This document shows, piece after piece, positions 10,272 to 20,696 of a stretch of 64,000 bases of DNA. The stretch lies in IMG/VR virus record IMGVR_UViG_3300005265_000001, positions 41,898-105,897 of that record; one strand, given 5' to 3'. The position numbers were made by a program, and so were the translations under genes. The notes beneath the pieces were generated by a model. That model made no database searches and was not told the origin of the DNA. It saw nothing but the letters and a program-made list of their open reading frames with translations. Origin of the DNA: a virus. Within the stretch, counting starts at the first letter, position 1, and each line of letters begins with the position of its first letter.

Positions 10272-10631
10272 TTGTTAAATATCAGTAAAAAACAATCAAA
10301 ACATTTAAAATATGAGGTAAATACTGTTGATGATAAGTTACTTTCAGATGATAAATCAAGATATTATGGTTTGAAATTTTTAGAATCGGCGGTTGTTACG
10401 GATTCCTTGTGGATTGAAAGTTTTGAAAGAAAAGAAATTCCTGAAAGTGATAATGATTTATACATAGAATTTCAAAAAGGTGACAGATTAGATTTATTAT
10501 CATTTCATTATTATGGAACTTCAAGGTTATGGTGGGCTATTGCAATAGCCAATAATATCCAAAACCCATTTAAAGAAATAAAACCGGGAACAATGATTCG
10601 GATTCCCGATATAAATTTAATTAGAAGGTAG
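10272..10631 (+). CDS. LysM-like baseplate wedge protein (gp53 / P2 gpX-like)
   Basis: GDRLDLLSFHYYGTSRLWWAIAIANNI.NPF..IKPG..IRIP. Confidence 0.85.
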   Translation: MLNISKKQSKHLKYEVNTVDDKLLSDDKSRYYGLKFLESAVVTDSLWIESFERKEIPESDNDLYIEFQKGDRLDLLSFHYYGTSRLWWAIAIANNIQNPFKEIKPGTMIRIPDINLIRR

Positions 10632-10636
10632 GTTCC

Positions 10637-12031
10637 ATGTTCAATTATAATCAATACATACCCCAACCCGCTTTTGGGTTTGTTCATTTTGAATTGTTTA
10701 ATAGAAATAAAAAAGTTGTATTGAAAACTCCAAGTATAAATGAAAAATTAAATTCAAGAATAATTGAAATGCAATACACACGGAACATGGCGAATAGAGC
10801 CAATCAATTGACATTTAAATTGTTTGATGAAACATGGGGGGAACTTGAAGACGATATTATTGAAATTTATAGAGATGATGATTCAAGATTGTTGTTAAAA
10901 TATGGGTGGATAGGAAATGATGGCGAAATTTATGAATCTCAGTATTATTCTTTATCTTTGACACATATTCGACCTGAATTTAGAATTGATGGACTTATTT
11001 TAACTTTTGATGCTATTTCAAATGTAGATGATTTTTTTCAAAACAAATTCAAATATAATACATTTGCTTTAAAGGAATTTGCGTGTAGGCATTTACCATA
11101 TTTGAATCAATATCTTAAAATGGATCATAAAACATCTAAAGTAAATGCTGATTTAATAGAAAGGTCTCCCGTTTCCCCTTCGGATGTAGTAAAAGCCTTT
11201 GCAATATTTAAAAAATTTGATTATGATATTGATGAAACTCATATTGTTTTGCACCATTGGTCCCATACAAAAACGATTAGACAACCTTGGGTTCCACCAA
11301 TGAATGATGTTACAATTGGGAGCTATATAAAAGATGAAATTCTACCAATTTCATGTGGTAGAAACAATAAACCTGGATATTATTTTTGGGTTGAAGACGG
11401 GGAAGAAAGGCCAAAAATAATTTTTAAACAAATGAAAGAAAGTGATGATGTTTTGAAATATATATATTTAAGAGAAGAAAATAGTGAAGTGATAAGTTTT
11501 AGTCCCGTTTTATTAGGAAAATTTGCAAGTTTAAAAACACCTTCTGAATCAATGCAATATGTAGATTTGCAAACAGGGCACAAAAAAATCATACTGAAAC
11601 ATGCGGAGAGGGTTAATTGTGGTGGAAATAATCATTTGCCAATTGATAAAATAGGCGGGAATTATGTTACTTTGAAAAAAAGAGATAATGACACAATACC
11701 AGAAAAAGAAAAAATTGCGAAAAACACACATAATATTAAAGATCAACATCACACCCTTGAAATGAGTGAAATTAAAACGGCGCATAGTATGATTTATGAT
11801 ATGAATACAACTTTTGAGGCGGAATTGCGTATAATTTGCAACCCTAAATTAAATCCATACGCAACAATTTATGTAGAAGTTCCAAAACCAAACGGGGAAC
11901 TTCATTATGCAAGTGGGCAATATAGAATAACCGAAATCACAGATAGATATGTTAATGGTGTTTTGGAATCAACTATAAAATTGATAAGAAATTCACTTTT
12001 AACACAATCACAACAAGTGGTGAAAGACTAA
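10637..12031 (+). CDS. Baseplate hub protein (gp27 / P2 gpD-like)
   Basis: Position between LysM and spike; C-terminal NPKL..SGQYRITEITD..STIKL. Confidence 0.7.
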   Translation: MFNYNQYIPQPAFGFVHFELFNRNKKVVLKTPSINEKLNSRIIEMQYTRNMANRANQLTFKLFDETWGELEDDIIEIYRDDDSRLLLKYGWIGNDGEIYESQYYSLSLTHIRPEFRIDGLILTFDAISNVDDFFQNKFKYNTFALKEFACRHLPYLNQYLKMDHKTSKVNADLIERSPVSPSDVVKAFAIFKKFDYDIDETHIVLHHWSHTKTIRQPWVPPMNDVTIGSYIKDEILPISCGRNNKPGYYFWVEDGEERPKIIFKQMKESDDVLKYIYLREENSEVISFSPVLLGKFASLKTPSESMQYVDLQTGHKKIILKHAERVNCGGNNHLPIDKIGGNYVTLKKRDNDTIPEKEKIAKNTHNIKDQHHTLEMSEIKTAHSMIYDMNTTFEAELRIICNPKLNPYATIYVEVPKPNGELHYASGQYRITEITDRYVNGVLESTIKLIRNSLLTQSQQVVKD

Positions 12032-12999
12032 TGATAACAGGAATTTTTTTAGCAACAGTTGAATATAATCTTGACCCATTACAAAGGGGGAGAATAAAGG
12101 TAAGAGTCAATGGAATTGATGATATGGATAAACCAGTTGATGATTTGAATTGGGCGGAAATTATTAATATTGGGGGGGCTGGAAATGATTTTGGAAATAT
12201 AAATATCCCTGAAGTGGGTTCAACTGTTTACGTTTCTTTTTTAAATGGTGATCCTAATAAACCTTTGGTTTTGGGGGGATATTATCAACATTCGGCAAAT
12301 GATAAAAATTATGTTTTTAATGAGGAAAGTGAAAAATTAAGAGAAAATATTTATGAAGATGTTGGAGAAATGTGGGCTGTTACTACAACTCCAATTATAC
12401 CAACACCGCATAATATTAATGAATATCCAATAGAAAGTCAAACATTATTGAATAATCAACCAACAAAAAGATTATCAAAAACTTTAAAAGGGCACACAAT
12501 TTTAATTGATGATATGGATGGAGAAGAGTCTTTTGAAATTATAGACAGGGCGGGGCAACTTTTAAAATTCAGGGCGAATGTTATAAAGAATCACAATGCA
12601 CTTAACAAAAACAGACGTGGTATAAAAAGAGCGGATGCAAAAAACACCTTTTCAAATGATATTTTTGAAGATAGTGGAACCGAAATTGATTTACTTGACA
12701 TAAAAGGGCAAGGACTTAAAATCAAATCCAAAAAACACTTGGAAGAAATAAACATAAAATCTATTTCAAAAGATAGCACACAGGAAATTCAATTAAATTC
12801 AGGAAAAGATGATTTTAACATAACAATAAAAAACAAAAATTCTCAATCAACTATTAGAATAAATAATGGAGAAGTTTCTATATTTTCAAATGGCAACATA
12901 AATATCATATCGGACAAAAACATTGTAATGAGTGGCAAACAAATAATAACAAATGAAACAAATGAAATTGATGATGAATTTTTTACGGGAAAAGACTAA
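12031..12999 (+). CDS. Central spike protein (gp5/VgrG/gpV OB fold plus beta-helix)
   Basis: DPLQRGRIKVRV..WA..IPEVGSTVYVSFLNGDPNKPLVLG; KTLKGHTILIDD. Confidence 0.9.
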   Translation: MITGIFLATVEYNLDPLQRGRIKVRVNGIDDMDKPVDDLNWAEIINIGGAGNDFGNINIPEVGSTVYVSFLNGDPNKPLVLGGYYQHSANDKNYVFNEESEKLRENIYEDVGEMWAVTTTPIIPTPHNINEYPIESQTLLNNQPTKRLSKTLKGHTILIDDMDGEESFEIIDRAGQLLKFRANVIKNHNALNKNRRGIKRADAKNTFSNDIFEDSGTEIDLLDIKGQGLKIKSKKHLEEINIKSISKDSTQEIQLNSGKDDFNITIKNKNSQSTIRINNGEVSIFSNGNINIISDKNIVMSGKQIITNETNEIDDEFFTGKD

Positions 13000-14951
13000 T
13001 GGGTGATATACAGAATCTTATTGATAAATCTTTAACTGAAAGTGAAAATTTTGTGTCTTCAATTAACTGTATTCGGTTAAATGATACAAATGTCAATTTA
13101 CCACGTGGAAATTCCATTAGATTTTATCATAGCAAAATTACAGGTATATTTAAAAATGTCGAAACATATAAGGGGCGGGGGGATATTTTCAATAAAAGGG
13201 AACAAACTGAATTTATTGATGATAATAACAAATATTATAATGCAATAGTAACAGAATATTCCCTTTTTAATAAATTCCATGTGAAAGGATCGGAAATAAT
13301 TGCAGTTTCAACAACATTTCAAGAAATTGAGCTTGATGGTTGCAATGCAAAAATTATTGGAAATCCCTATTATGGTGATATTATTGAGGATTATCATGGA
13401 GCCATTAAAGATACTTATATAAATGTTACAAATGGGAAATTGATAATCAAACACATGATAATAAAAAATTTGGATGTTTTACTCAAAGATTGTGAAAATG
13501 CTGTAATTGAATTTATAAATTGTGATTTTGATGCTATTAAAGAATTTGGGAATGTTACAAATTGTGAGATATATTTTGCACAATGTAGGGGAGTATCATT
13601 TTTGAGAAAAGGGCTTGTAATGACCAAGTCAAAAATTACTATAAATAATCAAGAAATAAAAAGTAGAAATGATGTAATTTTTAGTGGCACAGAATCGGAA
13701 ATAATTATAAACAATTCTCCCAATATATACTCTTCGGTTGGAATTGTAAATGGAAATGGAACTGATATTAGTATTTATAATTCAAAAATAGATGGAAATC
13801 CTCAATGCGCTTTTGAATTGAGTAATAAAAGCAATTTGAAAATTTCAAAAATTTTTGATGATATAAATTCAGAAGTCTTTCTTAAAAGTAATGATTCGGC
13901 AATTGATATAAATAATATTCAATCAATATATTCTGAATCAAGTTGTTTTAGTGTTAAAAATTCTTTTGTGAAATTGAATGGGTTTAATATTATTGAAAGT
14001 CAAGATGAAATAATCAATTCAAATCAATCAACCATTAATTATTTCGACGGGAACACAATAAAAGGAATTTCTTTGACTTCTAATAATGATAATTCAATTT
14101 TGTTTAAATCTATAAATACTATTGAAATAGAAACATCGTCATATACCAATTCAAATGTTAAATTTATTGATATAACAGATTTAGATAGTATTATAAATTA
14201 TAGTAATTCCAATATATTGAAACTTAATGTTGATACAATAGATAAAGACATAACAACAAACAATTCTAATTTATCTATATATAATAATAGAATACTTAAA
14301 AATGTCACAGCAAGCAATAAAAGCATTTTTAAGATTTTAACATTTAATGAAATGGGCAATTTTACTTCAAATGATAGTGTGGCAATTATAAAAAAAGGAA
14401 CTAAAACAGGAAATATAAATTTGAATGGATCAAAGATAAAAATAGCAAATCTTAATGAAATTGGGTCAATCAACGCAAATAATGATAGTTATTTGGAGGT
14501 AAAATATATTTCAAATGTTGATGATATAAATGTTTCAGATGGTAGATTCTTAAATCTTTATGATTTGGCTATAACAAGTGGATTGAACTTTGATGGATTT
14601 ACTTGTATTTCTAAAGATATAAAAATGGGGTCTTTAAATATTGCCGCAAAAAAAGCGGATTTGTTAAAAATTTATTGTAAAGGAACAATGGAAATTTCGG
14701 GGGCATCTAATGTTGATATGGCCGATATTAGAACAAACGGTTTAAATATAGCAAATTCGTCTAATGTAATGGGAAAAACAGTAAATTCGGGAAGTTTAAA
14801 TATTAGTGGTGGAAGTGTAAATATAAACATTTCGGGTCTTAATGGATGCGGAACTATTTCTGTAAGTAGTTCTCATGATGTTAGCATTTCGCCTGTTACT
14901 GCCACAAACATCACAATATCCAATTCTAAATGTAATTTGATAAATTATTAA
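12999..14951 (+). CDS. Long beta-helix-like virion protein
   Basis: N/S/I-rich short strands throughout; translationally coupled to the spike gene. Confidence 0.5.
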   Translation: MGDIQNLIDKSLTESENFVSSINCIRLNDTNVNLPRGNSIRFYHSKITGIFKNVETYKGRGDIFNKREQTEFIDDNNKYYNAIVTEYSLFNKFHVKGSEIIAVSTTFQEIELDGCNAKIIGNPYYGDIIEDYHGAIKDTYINVTNGKLIIKHMIIKNLDVLLKDCENAVIEFINCDFDAIKEFGNVTNCEIYFAQCRGVSFLRKGLVMTKSKITINNQEIKSRNDVIFSGTESEIIINNSPNIYSSVGIVNGNGTDISIYNSKIDGNPQCAFELSNKSNLKISKIFDDINSEVFLKSNDSAIDINNIQSIYSESSCFSVKNSFVKLNGFNIIESQDEIINSNQSTINYFDGNTIKGISLTSNNDNSILFKSINTIEIETSSYTNSNVKFIDITDLDSIINYSNSNILKLNVDTIDKDITTNNSNLSIYNNRILKNVTASNKSIFKILTFNEMGNFTSNDSVAIIKKGTKTGNINLNGSKIKIANLNEIGSINANNDSYLEVKYISNVDDINVSDGRFLNLYDLAITSGLNFDGFTCISKDIKMGSLNIAAKKADLLKIYCKGTMEISGASNVDMADIRTNGLNIANSSNVMGKTVNSGSLNISGGSVNINISGLNGCGTISVSSSHDVSISPVTATNITISNSKCNLINY

Positions 14952-14974
14952 AATAAAAACAAAGGATAATAAAA

Positions 14975-16396
14975 ATGGATTTAGAACCAAGAATTTCATA
15001 CATAAATAAAACTTATGATGATATTAAAGAATATATTATAAGGTTAATTCCAAAAATAACTGATAAATGGACAAATTTCAATGAATCTGATATTGGGATT
15101 GTTATTATTGAATTATTTGCGGCAATTGCAGATATGTTAAATTTTTATATTGATAATCAAGCCAATGAATCCTATCTCAAAACCGCACTTGAAAGAAAAA
15201 ATATCTATAAATTAGTTCAATTAATTGGTTATAAACCACACAATTATATATCCTCACAGGGAACGGCAATAATTTCAATTGATAGTCCAATTTCAAATGA
15301 TATTTTGATACCAAAATGGACACAAATATCCTCAAAATCTAATCTAAAATTTTATACAATGGAAGAGGCAATTATTCATGCGGGTGATGTTTCCACAAGT
15401 GTTAAAATAAAAGAAGGATTGTTGGCAATTGAAACAGTAAATTCACCTGGTATTCAAGATTGGGAATATAAATTAAACAATCCACAAATTGATATAACAA
15501 CTATTTCAGTTCGATTCAATAATATTGAATGGGAATGGAAAAAAACACTTATAAATTCCACAAAAGATGATACTCATTACACAACTTATTTGGATGCGGA
15601 GGGAAATGTGTATTTAATTTTTGGAGATGGTATAAATGGAAAAATGCCGGATTTAGAAGATGTTGGAGAAATTAAATACTTGTTATCAAATGGAGAAATT
15701 GGAAATGTTGGTAGTGATTTTTTGACAAATATAGACAATGTGATTTATGATTCGGCTGGAAATAAAATTGACAATATCAATGTTCAAAATAATGAAAATA
15801 TTACGGGGGGAACGGGGGTAGAAACACTTAATCATATCAAAAAGTATGCTGGAAAAGAATTACGGACACTTGATAGAATGGTGACAGTTGATGATTATAA
15901 AACTATTATAGATTTACACCCCTCTATTTGTAAATCTGCGGTTTATGATATTTCAAATGCCGATAAAATTCCATTTCGATTTGCAAAGATTTATGCCATT
16001 CCTAATGGAGGTGGAAATTTAACAACATCTCAAAAGGCAGATTTGCTTGAATATGTCTCAAATTATGCTTTAATTGGAACAACTGCTATTATTGATGATG
16101 TGAAATACAAAAATATTGATTTTGAAATAAATGCCTATTATTATTCACAATATGATAAAAATGTGATTAAAAATACTTTGAATCAGATTATTACTGATTA
16201 TTTTTCCGTGGAATCTGAATATATTGAATTTGGAACTAATATTGTAAATTTAACTGAATTATATTCAATGTTAAATGAGGTTGAAGGTGTAGCATACATT
16301 GACAACATAAATCCAACTGAAAGTTTTATTGAATTGGAAGAGGGCGAATATCCTCTATTATCAACATATAAAATAAATATGGAAAAGGTGAATTAA
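14975..16396 (+). CDS. Baseplate wedge protein (T4 gp6 / P2 gpJ-like)
   Basis: WTNFNESDIG..ELFA..DMLNFYID.QANE.YL.TA; FGDGINGK.P; RMVTVDDY. Confidence 0.9.
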   Translation: MDLEPRISYINKTYDDIKEYIIRLIPKITDKWTNFNESDIGIVIIELFAAIADMLNFYIDNQANESYLKTALERKNIYKLVQLIGYKPHNYISSQGTAIISIDSPISNDILIPKWTQISSKSNLKFYTMEEAIIHAGDVSTSVKIKEGLLAIETVNSPGIQDWEYKLNNPQIDITTISVRFNNIEWEWKKTLINSTKDDTHYTTYLDAEGNVYLIFGDGINGKMPDLEDVGEIKYLLSNGEIGNVGSDFLTNIDNVIYDSAGNKIDNINVQNNENITGGTGVETLNHIKKYAGKELRTLDRMVTVDDYKTIIDLHPSICKSAVYDISNADKIPFRFAKIYAIPNGGGNLTTSQKADLLEYVSNYALIGTTAIIDDVKYKNIDFEINAYYYSQYDKNVIKNTLNQIITDYFSVESEYIEFGTNIVNLTELYSMLNEVEGVAYIDNINPTESFIELEEGEYPLLSTYKINMEKVN

Positions 16397-16398
16397 CT

Positions 16399-17388
16399 AT
16401 GAAATACATATTAGATAGAGTTATTTTGATGGTTATAATTGCGGGGATGCTTTTTGCTGGATTGTGGGCTTTTAAATCTTATTTGGAAACAAAAAAAGCA
16501 ATTGCATACAAACAACTTGAACACCAAGATAAAGAATATTTGAAAGAATTTGTGAAATTGAAGGATGAAATAGTAAAATTAAAAAGTGAAAGTGTTTCTG
16601 AAAGAAAAATCAAAAAAATAATCAAAGAAGAAATGGGAAAGGTTGTAGTTGATGCAATTAAAAAACATAAAGAAAAACCACAACTTATAACTGTTTCAAC
16701 CGTAAACACGAAACAAGAAGTCGAATTGGACCCAAAAATTTGGAAACATTATGAAAATAAAGATAATCCCCATGCTGAATACTATTTTATGAAATTATAT
16801 AAAACTGATTCAAGTGGAACGAAAATTCCTTGGGCATGGGTCATGTATTTTCCAAATAGAGATAAAAAATGGAAATATGGGTTTTATCCATTGAAGTTAA
16901 GGTCAAAAACAGTTGTAACTAAACAAGAAACGGGCGGATTAAATACCTATACTCAATTGACAGTCGAAAATGAAAAGGATAAAGATTCGGCGGGAAAAAT
17001 TCAAAAATTAACAATTTCCCCAAAAGATTCTTATGTTAAATTTGTATATCCCCCAAAAAGAGAACGTTTTCATTGGTGGAATCCTAATTTGTCAATTGGT
17101 TATGGGGTCTATTATAATATAGATGATGATAATTTTGTAAATGGTTTGGAATTTGGTTTTAACTTTTTGAATTATGGAGTTAAAGAACGTGTAAATTATA
17201 AATTTTTAACATTTGGAATTGGGTCTAATTTTGGTGATGATAATTGGGGCTTTGTAAGTCCTGTGGAAATAAATTTGCAAAAATTTAGAATCCCTCTAAT
17301 TCACCATATTCATTTGATACCTGTAAAAGCGGGATATACAGATGGAAGTGATTGGTTAATTGGAAGCGGATTAAATATTGAATTTTAA
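16399..17388 (+). CDS. Membrane-anchored protein (N-terminal TM, coiled coil, beta-rich C-terminus); spanin-like candidate
   Basis: Hydrophobic residues ~8-26, then a K/E-rich helix; ends GSGLNIEF. Confidence 0.4.
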   Translation: MKYILDRVILMVIIAGMLFAGLWAFKSYLETKKAIAYKQLEHQDKEYLKEFVKLKDEIVKLKSESVSERKIKKIIKEEMGKVVVDAIKKHKEKPQLITVSTVNTKQEVELDPKIWKHYENKDNPHAEYYFMKLYKTDSSGTKIPWAWVMYFPNRDKKWKYGFYPLKLRSKTVVTKQETGGLNTYTQLTVENEKDKDSAGKIQKLTISPKDSYVKFVYPPKRERFHWWNPNLSIGYGVYYNIDDDNFVNGLEFGFNFLNYGVKERVNYKFLTFGIGSNFGDDNWGFVSPVEINLQKFRIPLIHHIHLIPVKAGYTDGSDWLIGSGLNIEF

Positions 17389-17408
17389 TAAAAAAGGAGA
17401 TTGTAAAA

Positions 17409-18419
17409 ATGGCAATTAAAAGAATACCTGGGTATTATGTTTTATATGATAGGTTGAGAAGTGATAAGTATTTTATGGGATATGATTATGGATTTAGAGT
17501 TCAATTAATGCAGGCTGATTTTGTATTTGATCCTGTAAATCATAAGTCTTGGAATAATATTTCGTCACACGCTTTACCTTCTGGAAACGGTTATTCTCCA
17601 ATAACAGTAGATCATGGATATTTAAGAGACCCAACCAGAGCAGGTGCAATTTACACTAATTCAGAAGGAAATTATGTATCGTCAGCAAGATATAAATATA
17701 ACAATTCTACTGATTCTGTTTTGTGGACGGCTTCTGGGGGGGACATTGGTCCAACTTCGGGGGCCTGTATATGGCATACCTATGGGAATGCAAATGCGGG
17801 AGTTGCGTATGCTATTGTTGGTTATATTGATTTTGGGCAAAATATAACTATAACAGATGGTGACACTTTAAAATTGGATCATTGTTTTTGGTTCGATTTT
17901 GTAAATGATTCAGAATATATTTCCAACTCCATATTTAGGAATTTTGCCTATTATGATGTTTATAAAAATAGATGGGACGTTTTTTCGTCACAATATGAAC
18001 TTCAAACATCTGAAAAAGTTCAAATGGCTTTGGTTAAACCAAGTTTTGTTTGGAGTAAAGGTATTAAAACAAAAGGGGATGTAAATTCGGCGGATCTTTT
18101 ACCCGCTGGAAATGGTTATAGTGTAAAAAATTTAAAAAATCCCCACCAAACCATTGTGTATGAGAGTGATAAAGCCTATGTTCAATTTTCGTGGGACAAT
18201 GTTATTTGGATTGCGTCTGGGGGAGATATTGGACCAACGTCGGGAGCAATATTATATAGTTTAAATACAAATGTTAGATTGATAACATCTACTTCTAATT
18301 ATGAAAGCGTAAATTACCCAATGTTAGGTTATATTGATTTTCTCAGTGATATTACTGTAACAGATGGTCAAACATTAACAGTTAAAAATATAAAAATTAA
18401 AATAAATTCAATATATTAG
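17409..18419 (+). CDS. Tandem two-domain paralogue of the 43370 fibre subunit (tip subunit A)
   Basis: Two copies of GNGY...W.ASGGDIGPTSGA...GYIDF...DG.TL. Confidence 0.7.
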   Translation: MAIKRIPGYYVLYDRLRSDKYFMGYDYGFRVQLMQADFVFDPVNHKSWNNISSHALPSGNGYSPITVDHGYLRDPTRAGAIYTNSEGNYVSSARYKYNNSTDSVLWTASGGDIGPTSGACIWHTYGNANAGVAYAIVGYIDFGQNITITDGDTLKLDHCFWFDFVNDSEYISNSIFRNFAYYDVYKNRWDVFSSQYELQTSEKVQMALVKPSFVWSKGIKTKGDVNSADLLPAGNGYSVKNLKNPHQTIVYESDKAYVQFSWDNVIWIASGGDIGPTSGAILYSLNTNVRLITSTSNYESVNYPMLGYIDFLSDITVTDGQTLTVKNIKIKINSIY

Positions 18420-18431
18420 GACTAAAAACCT

Positions 18432-20678
18432 TTGGCGGCTATTGTAATTGAAAGCAAAATTGATTTTAAAGAAAACGATTTTCATCCATTATATGATGTG
18501 GATGGAACCAATTTTGTTCATTCTAAAATTGATTTTCAGGGGATACCGTCAAAATTTTCAACTAATGAATTAACCTATGATGGGCATGTTATAGACAATT
18601 ACACACATGCCCAAAGTAACCTTTATTTACAAAGTGTTGATATTTCCCATGAAGAAGCAATAGGTTCCGCAACACGAGTTGATTCAAAACTTTATTTAAT
18701 TTCAGAAATCAATGGTGATTATGATATTGACCATTATAGGTTTGTAGATACCTGGATACAATTTAAAGGTATTCCAAACAAATTTTCAACTAATGAATTA
18801 ACCTATGATGGACACGTTATAGACAATCAAACAAACGCCAAGTCTAATTTGTTACTTGAAAGTTCGGGGCCAAGCGGTGAAACTGATATTAGAGATGCCA
18901 TAAGAAAAACTTCTAATATTCAATTTAGTTCTGAGCATTTATTGGGATTTTATGATGTTGATGGTGTTGTTTTTGCCCATTCAAAAATTGATTTTGAAGG
19001 TATTCCAAACAAATTTTCAACTAATGAATTAACCTATGATGGTTATACAATTGATAATCAAACAGATGCAAAGTCTAATTTATATTTTGAAAGTGATTAT
19101 ATAAGTAAAGAAGTTGAAGCTGGTAGGGGGGAAAGAATTGAAACTAAAAAGGTTTTTAATGTAACACTTGAATGTGAAATAGATGATAATGTTAGTATTT
19201 TTGATATTTCTTTACCAACAGAAACATCATTATCATATTTTTTACAAGTTGATAGATATTTTTATAATTTAGGGTTAGATGGAATTGCGGAAATATCCGC
19301 CACAGAACCGCATTTGGGAAAGGTTTTAGAAGCAATTCCAATTGAAAGTGATACTGAAATTAATGCTGTATTTGCGGAAGAATATTGGGCAACCCCCGGA
19401 AATGTAGAATCTATTTCAGAAATTTCAAATGGATTATATGTAGATAAAATACTTTATGGCAATCTTTTTAATTCAGAAACTAACATTGGTTTTGATTATG
19501 TTGTAGATGTTTATATAAATGAAAATTTATTAAATATTTCTACTGAACTTATTTCAGAATTGGCAGTTGGTGTTTTGGTAGAACCAACTGAATTAAATGT
19601 TGATTCTAATATAGATGCCACACAATTTTTGAATATAAATGCTTTTCCTGGGCCTATTGAATCTATAACTGAATTAATTGGATTTTATACACAAGACACT
19701 ATTATTATGAATCCCACCCTTATAAGTGAGGGTGAAAATAAATTTGATTCACTTATTTTAGAAGTATTTGGTGATTATTTCAATTCAATTGGAAGTTTTG
19801 ATTTTAATATTGTTAAAGGTCTTGTAATTATTCCCAATTCTTTGAAACTTTCTACTGATATATCTTTTAATTTAGAGGTTGGGTGGATAAATATACATGC
19901 AATTGTAATGTATTCTAATTTATCTCTTGGGGCACATGCGGCAACTGATACACTTATATATCCAAACCCATTAAATTCAATAAATTCTTTAAATTATTAT
20001 CAAATAACTGATCTCATAGTTAGGGATTTTGATTTAGAAAGTATTGCTAAATTAAAATATTTGCCCGATACAGTTGTAAATTTAAAAGACCCGATTCTAT
20101 CAAATTCGGAAGTATTATATTTATTAGGGGATTTAAAAGGGCCTCCATTACACACAAACACTGAAATTAAGTATAATTTTGAAATTTATTATACAAAAAA
20201 ACCTGGACATGATTATTTAGTAAGTATAGAGCGGTTAGGGAAAAGAAGTCAAGAATTATTTTCCCAAAAAACTCAAAAAACAATAGGAAATGGGGTAGAT
20301 TTTCCGTTTAAATATGATAAAGAGGGGCTTGATACAAATGCTGGACTTGAATTGATAAACGATTCGATTGAAATGATACTTTCAACTTGTAAGGGGTCGA
20401 GATTTTTTGAACCTGAATTTGGGTCAAATTTATGTAAAATGGCCTTTGAGCCAATTGATGAATTGTTTTTTGAGAGATTAAAAATTGAAGTTGTTGATGC
20501 GTTAAGAAAATGGGAAAAAAGAATAAAAATTAAAAGGGTTGAATTATCAGATAAAGATGAAAACTTGATAAATAATGGAATAGTATATATTAAAATATTT
20601 TATTCCATTAGAAACACACAAATAGAGGGTAACTATGTTTATCCATTTAGAACAAAAGAATTTTATGAAAGACAATAA
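18432..20678 (+). CDS. gp25-like baseplate wedge protein A with long N-terminal repeat scaffold
   Basis: C-terminal INDSIEMILSTCKGSRFFEPEFGS..FEP..LRKWEKRI; three ~76-aa repeats then ~21-aa repeats. Confidence 0.85.
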   Translation: MAAIVIESKIDFKENDFHPLYDVDGTNFVHSKIDFQGIPSKFSTNELTYDGHVIDNYTHAQSNLYLQSVDISHEEAIGSATRVDSKLYLISEINGDYDIDHYRFVDTWIQFKGIPNKFSTNELTYDGHVIDNQTNAKSNLLLESSGPSGETDIRDAIRKTSNIQFSSEHLLGFYDVDGVVFAHSKIDFEGIPNKFSTNELTYDGYTIDNQTDAKSNLYFESDYISKEVEAGRGERIETKKVFNVTLECEIDDNVSIFDISLPTETSLSYFLQVDRYFYNLGLDGIAEISATEPHLGKVLEAIPIESDTEINAVFAEEYWATPGNVESISEISNGLYVDKILYGNLFNSETNIGFDYVVDVYINENLLNISTELISELAVGVLVEPTELNVDSNIDATQFLNINAFPGPIESITELIGFYTQDTIIMNPTLISEGENKFDSLILEVFGDYFNSIGSFDFNIVKGLVIIPNSLKLSTDISFNLEVGWINIHAIVMYSNLSLGAHAATDTLIYPNPLNSINSLNYYQITDLIVRDFDLESIAKLKYLPDTVVNLKDPILSNSEVLYLLGDLKGPPLHTNTEIKYNFEIYYTKKPGHDYLVSIERLGKRSQELFSQKTQKTIGNGVDFPFKYDKEGLDTNAGLELINDSIEMILSTCKGSRFFEPEFGSNLCKMAFEPIDELFFERLKIEVVDALRKWEKRIKIKRVELSDKDENLINNGIVYIKIFYSIRNTQIEGNYVYPFRTKEFYERQ

Positions 20679-20696
20679 AAATAGGAGATTTTAAAA

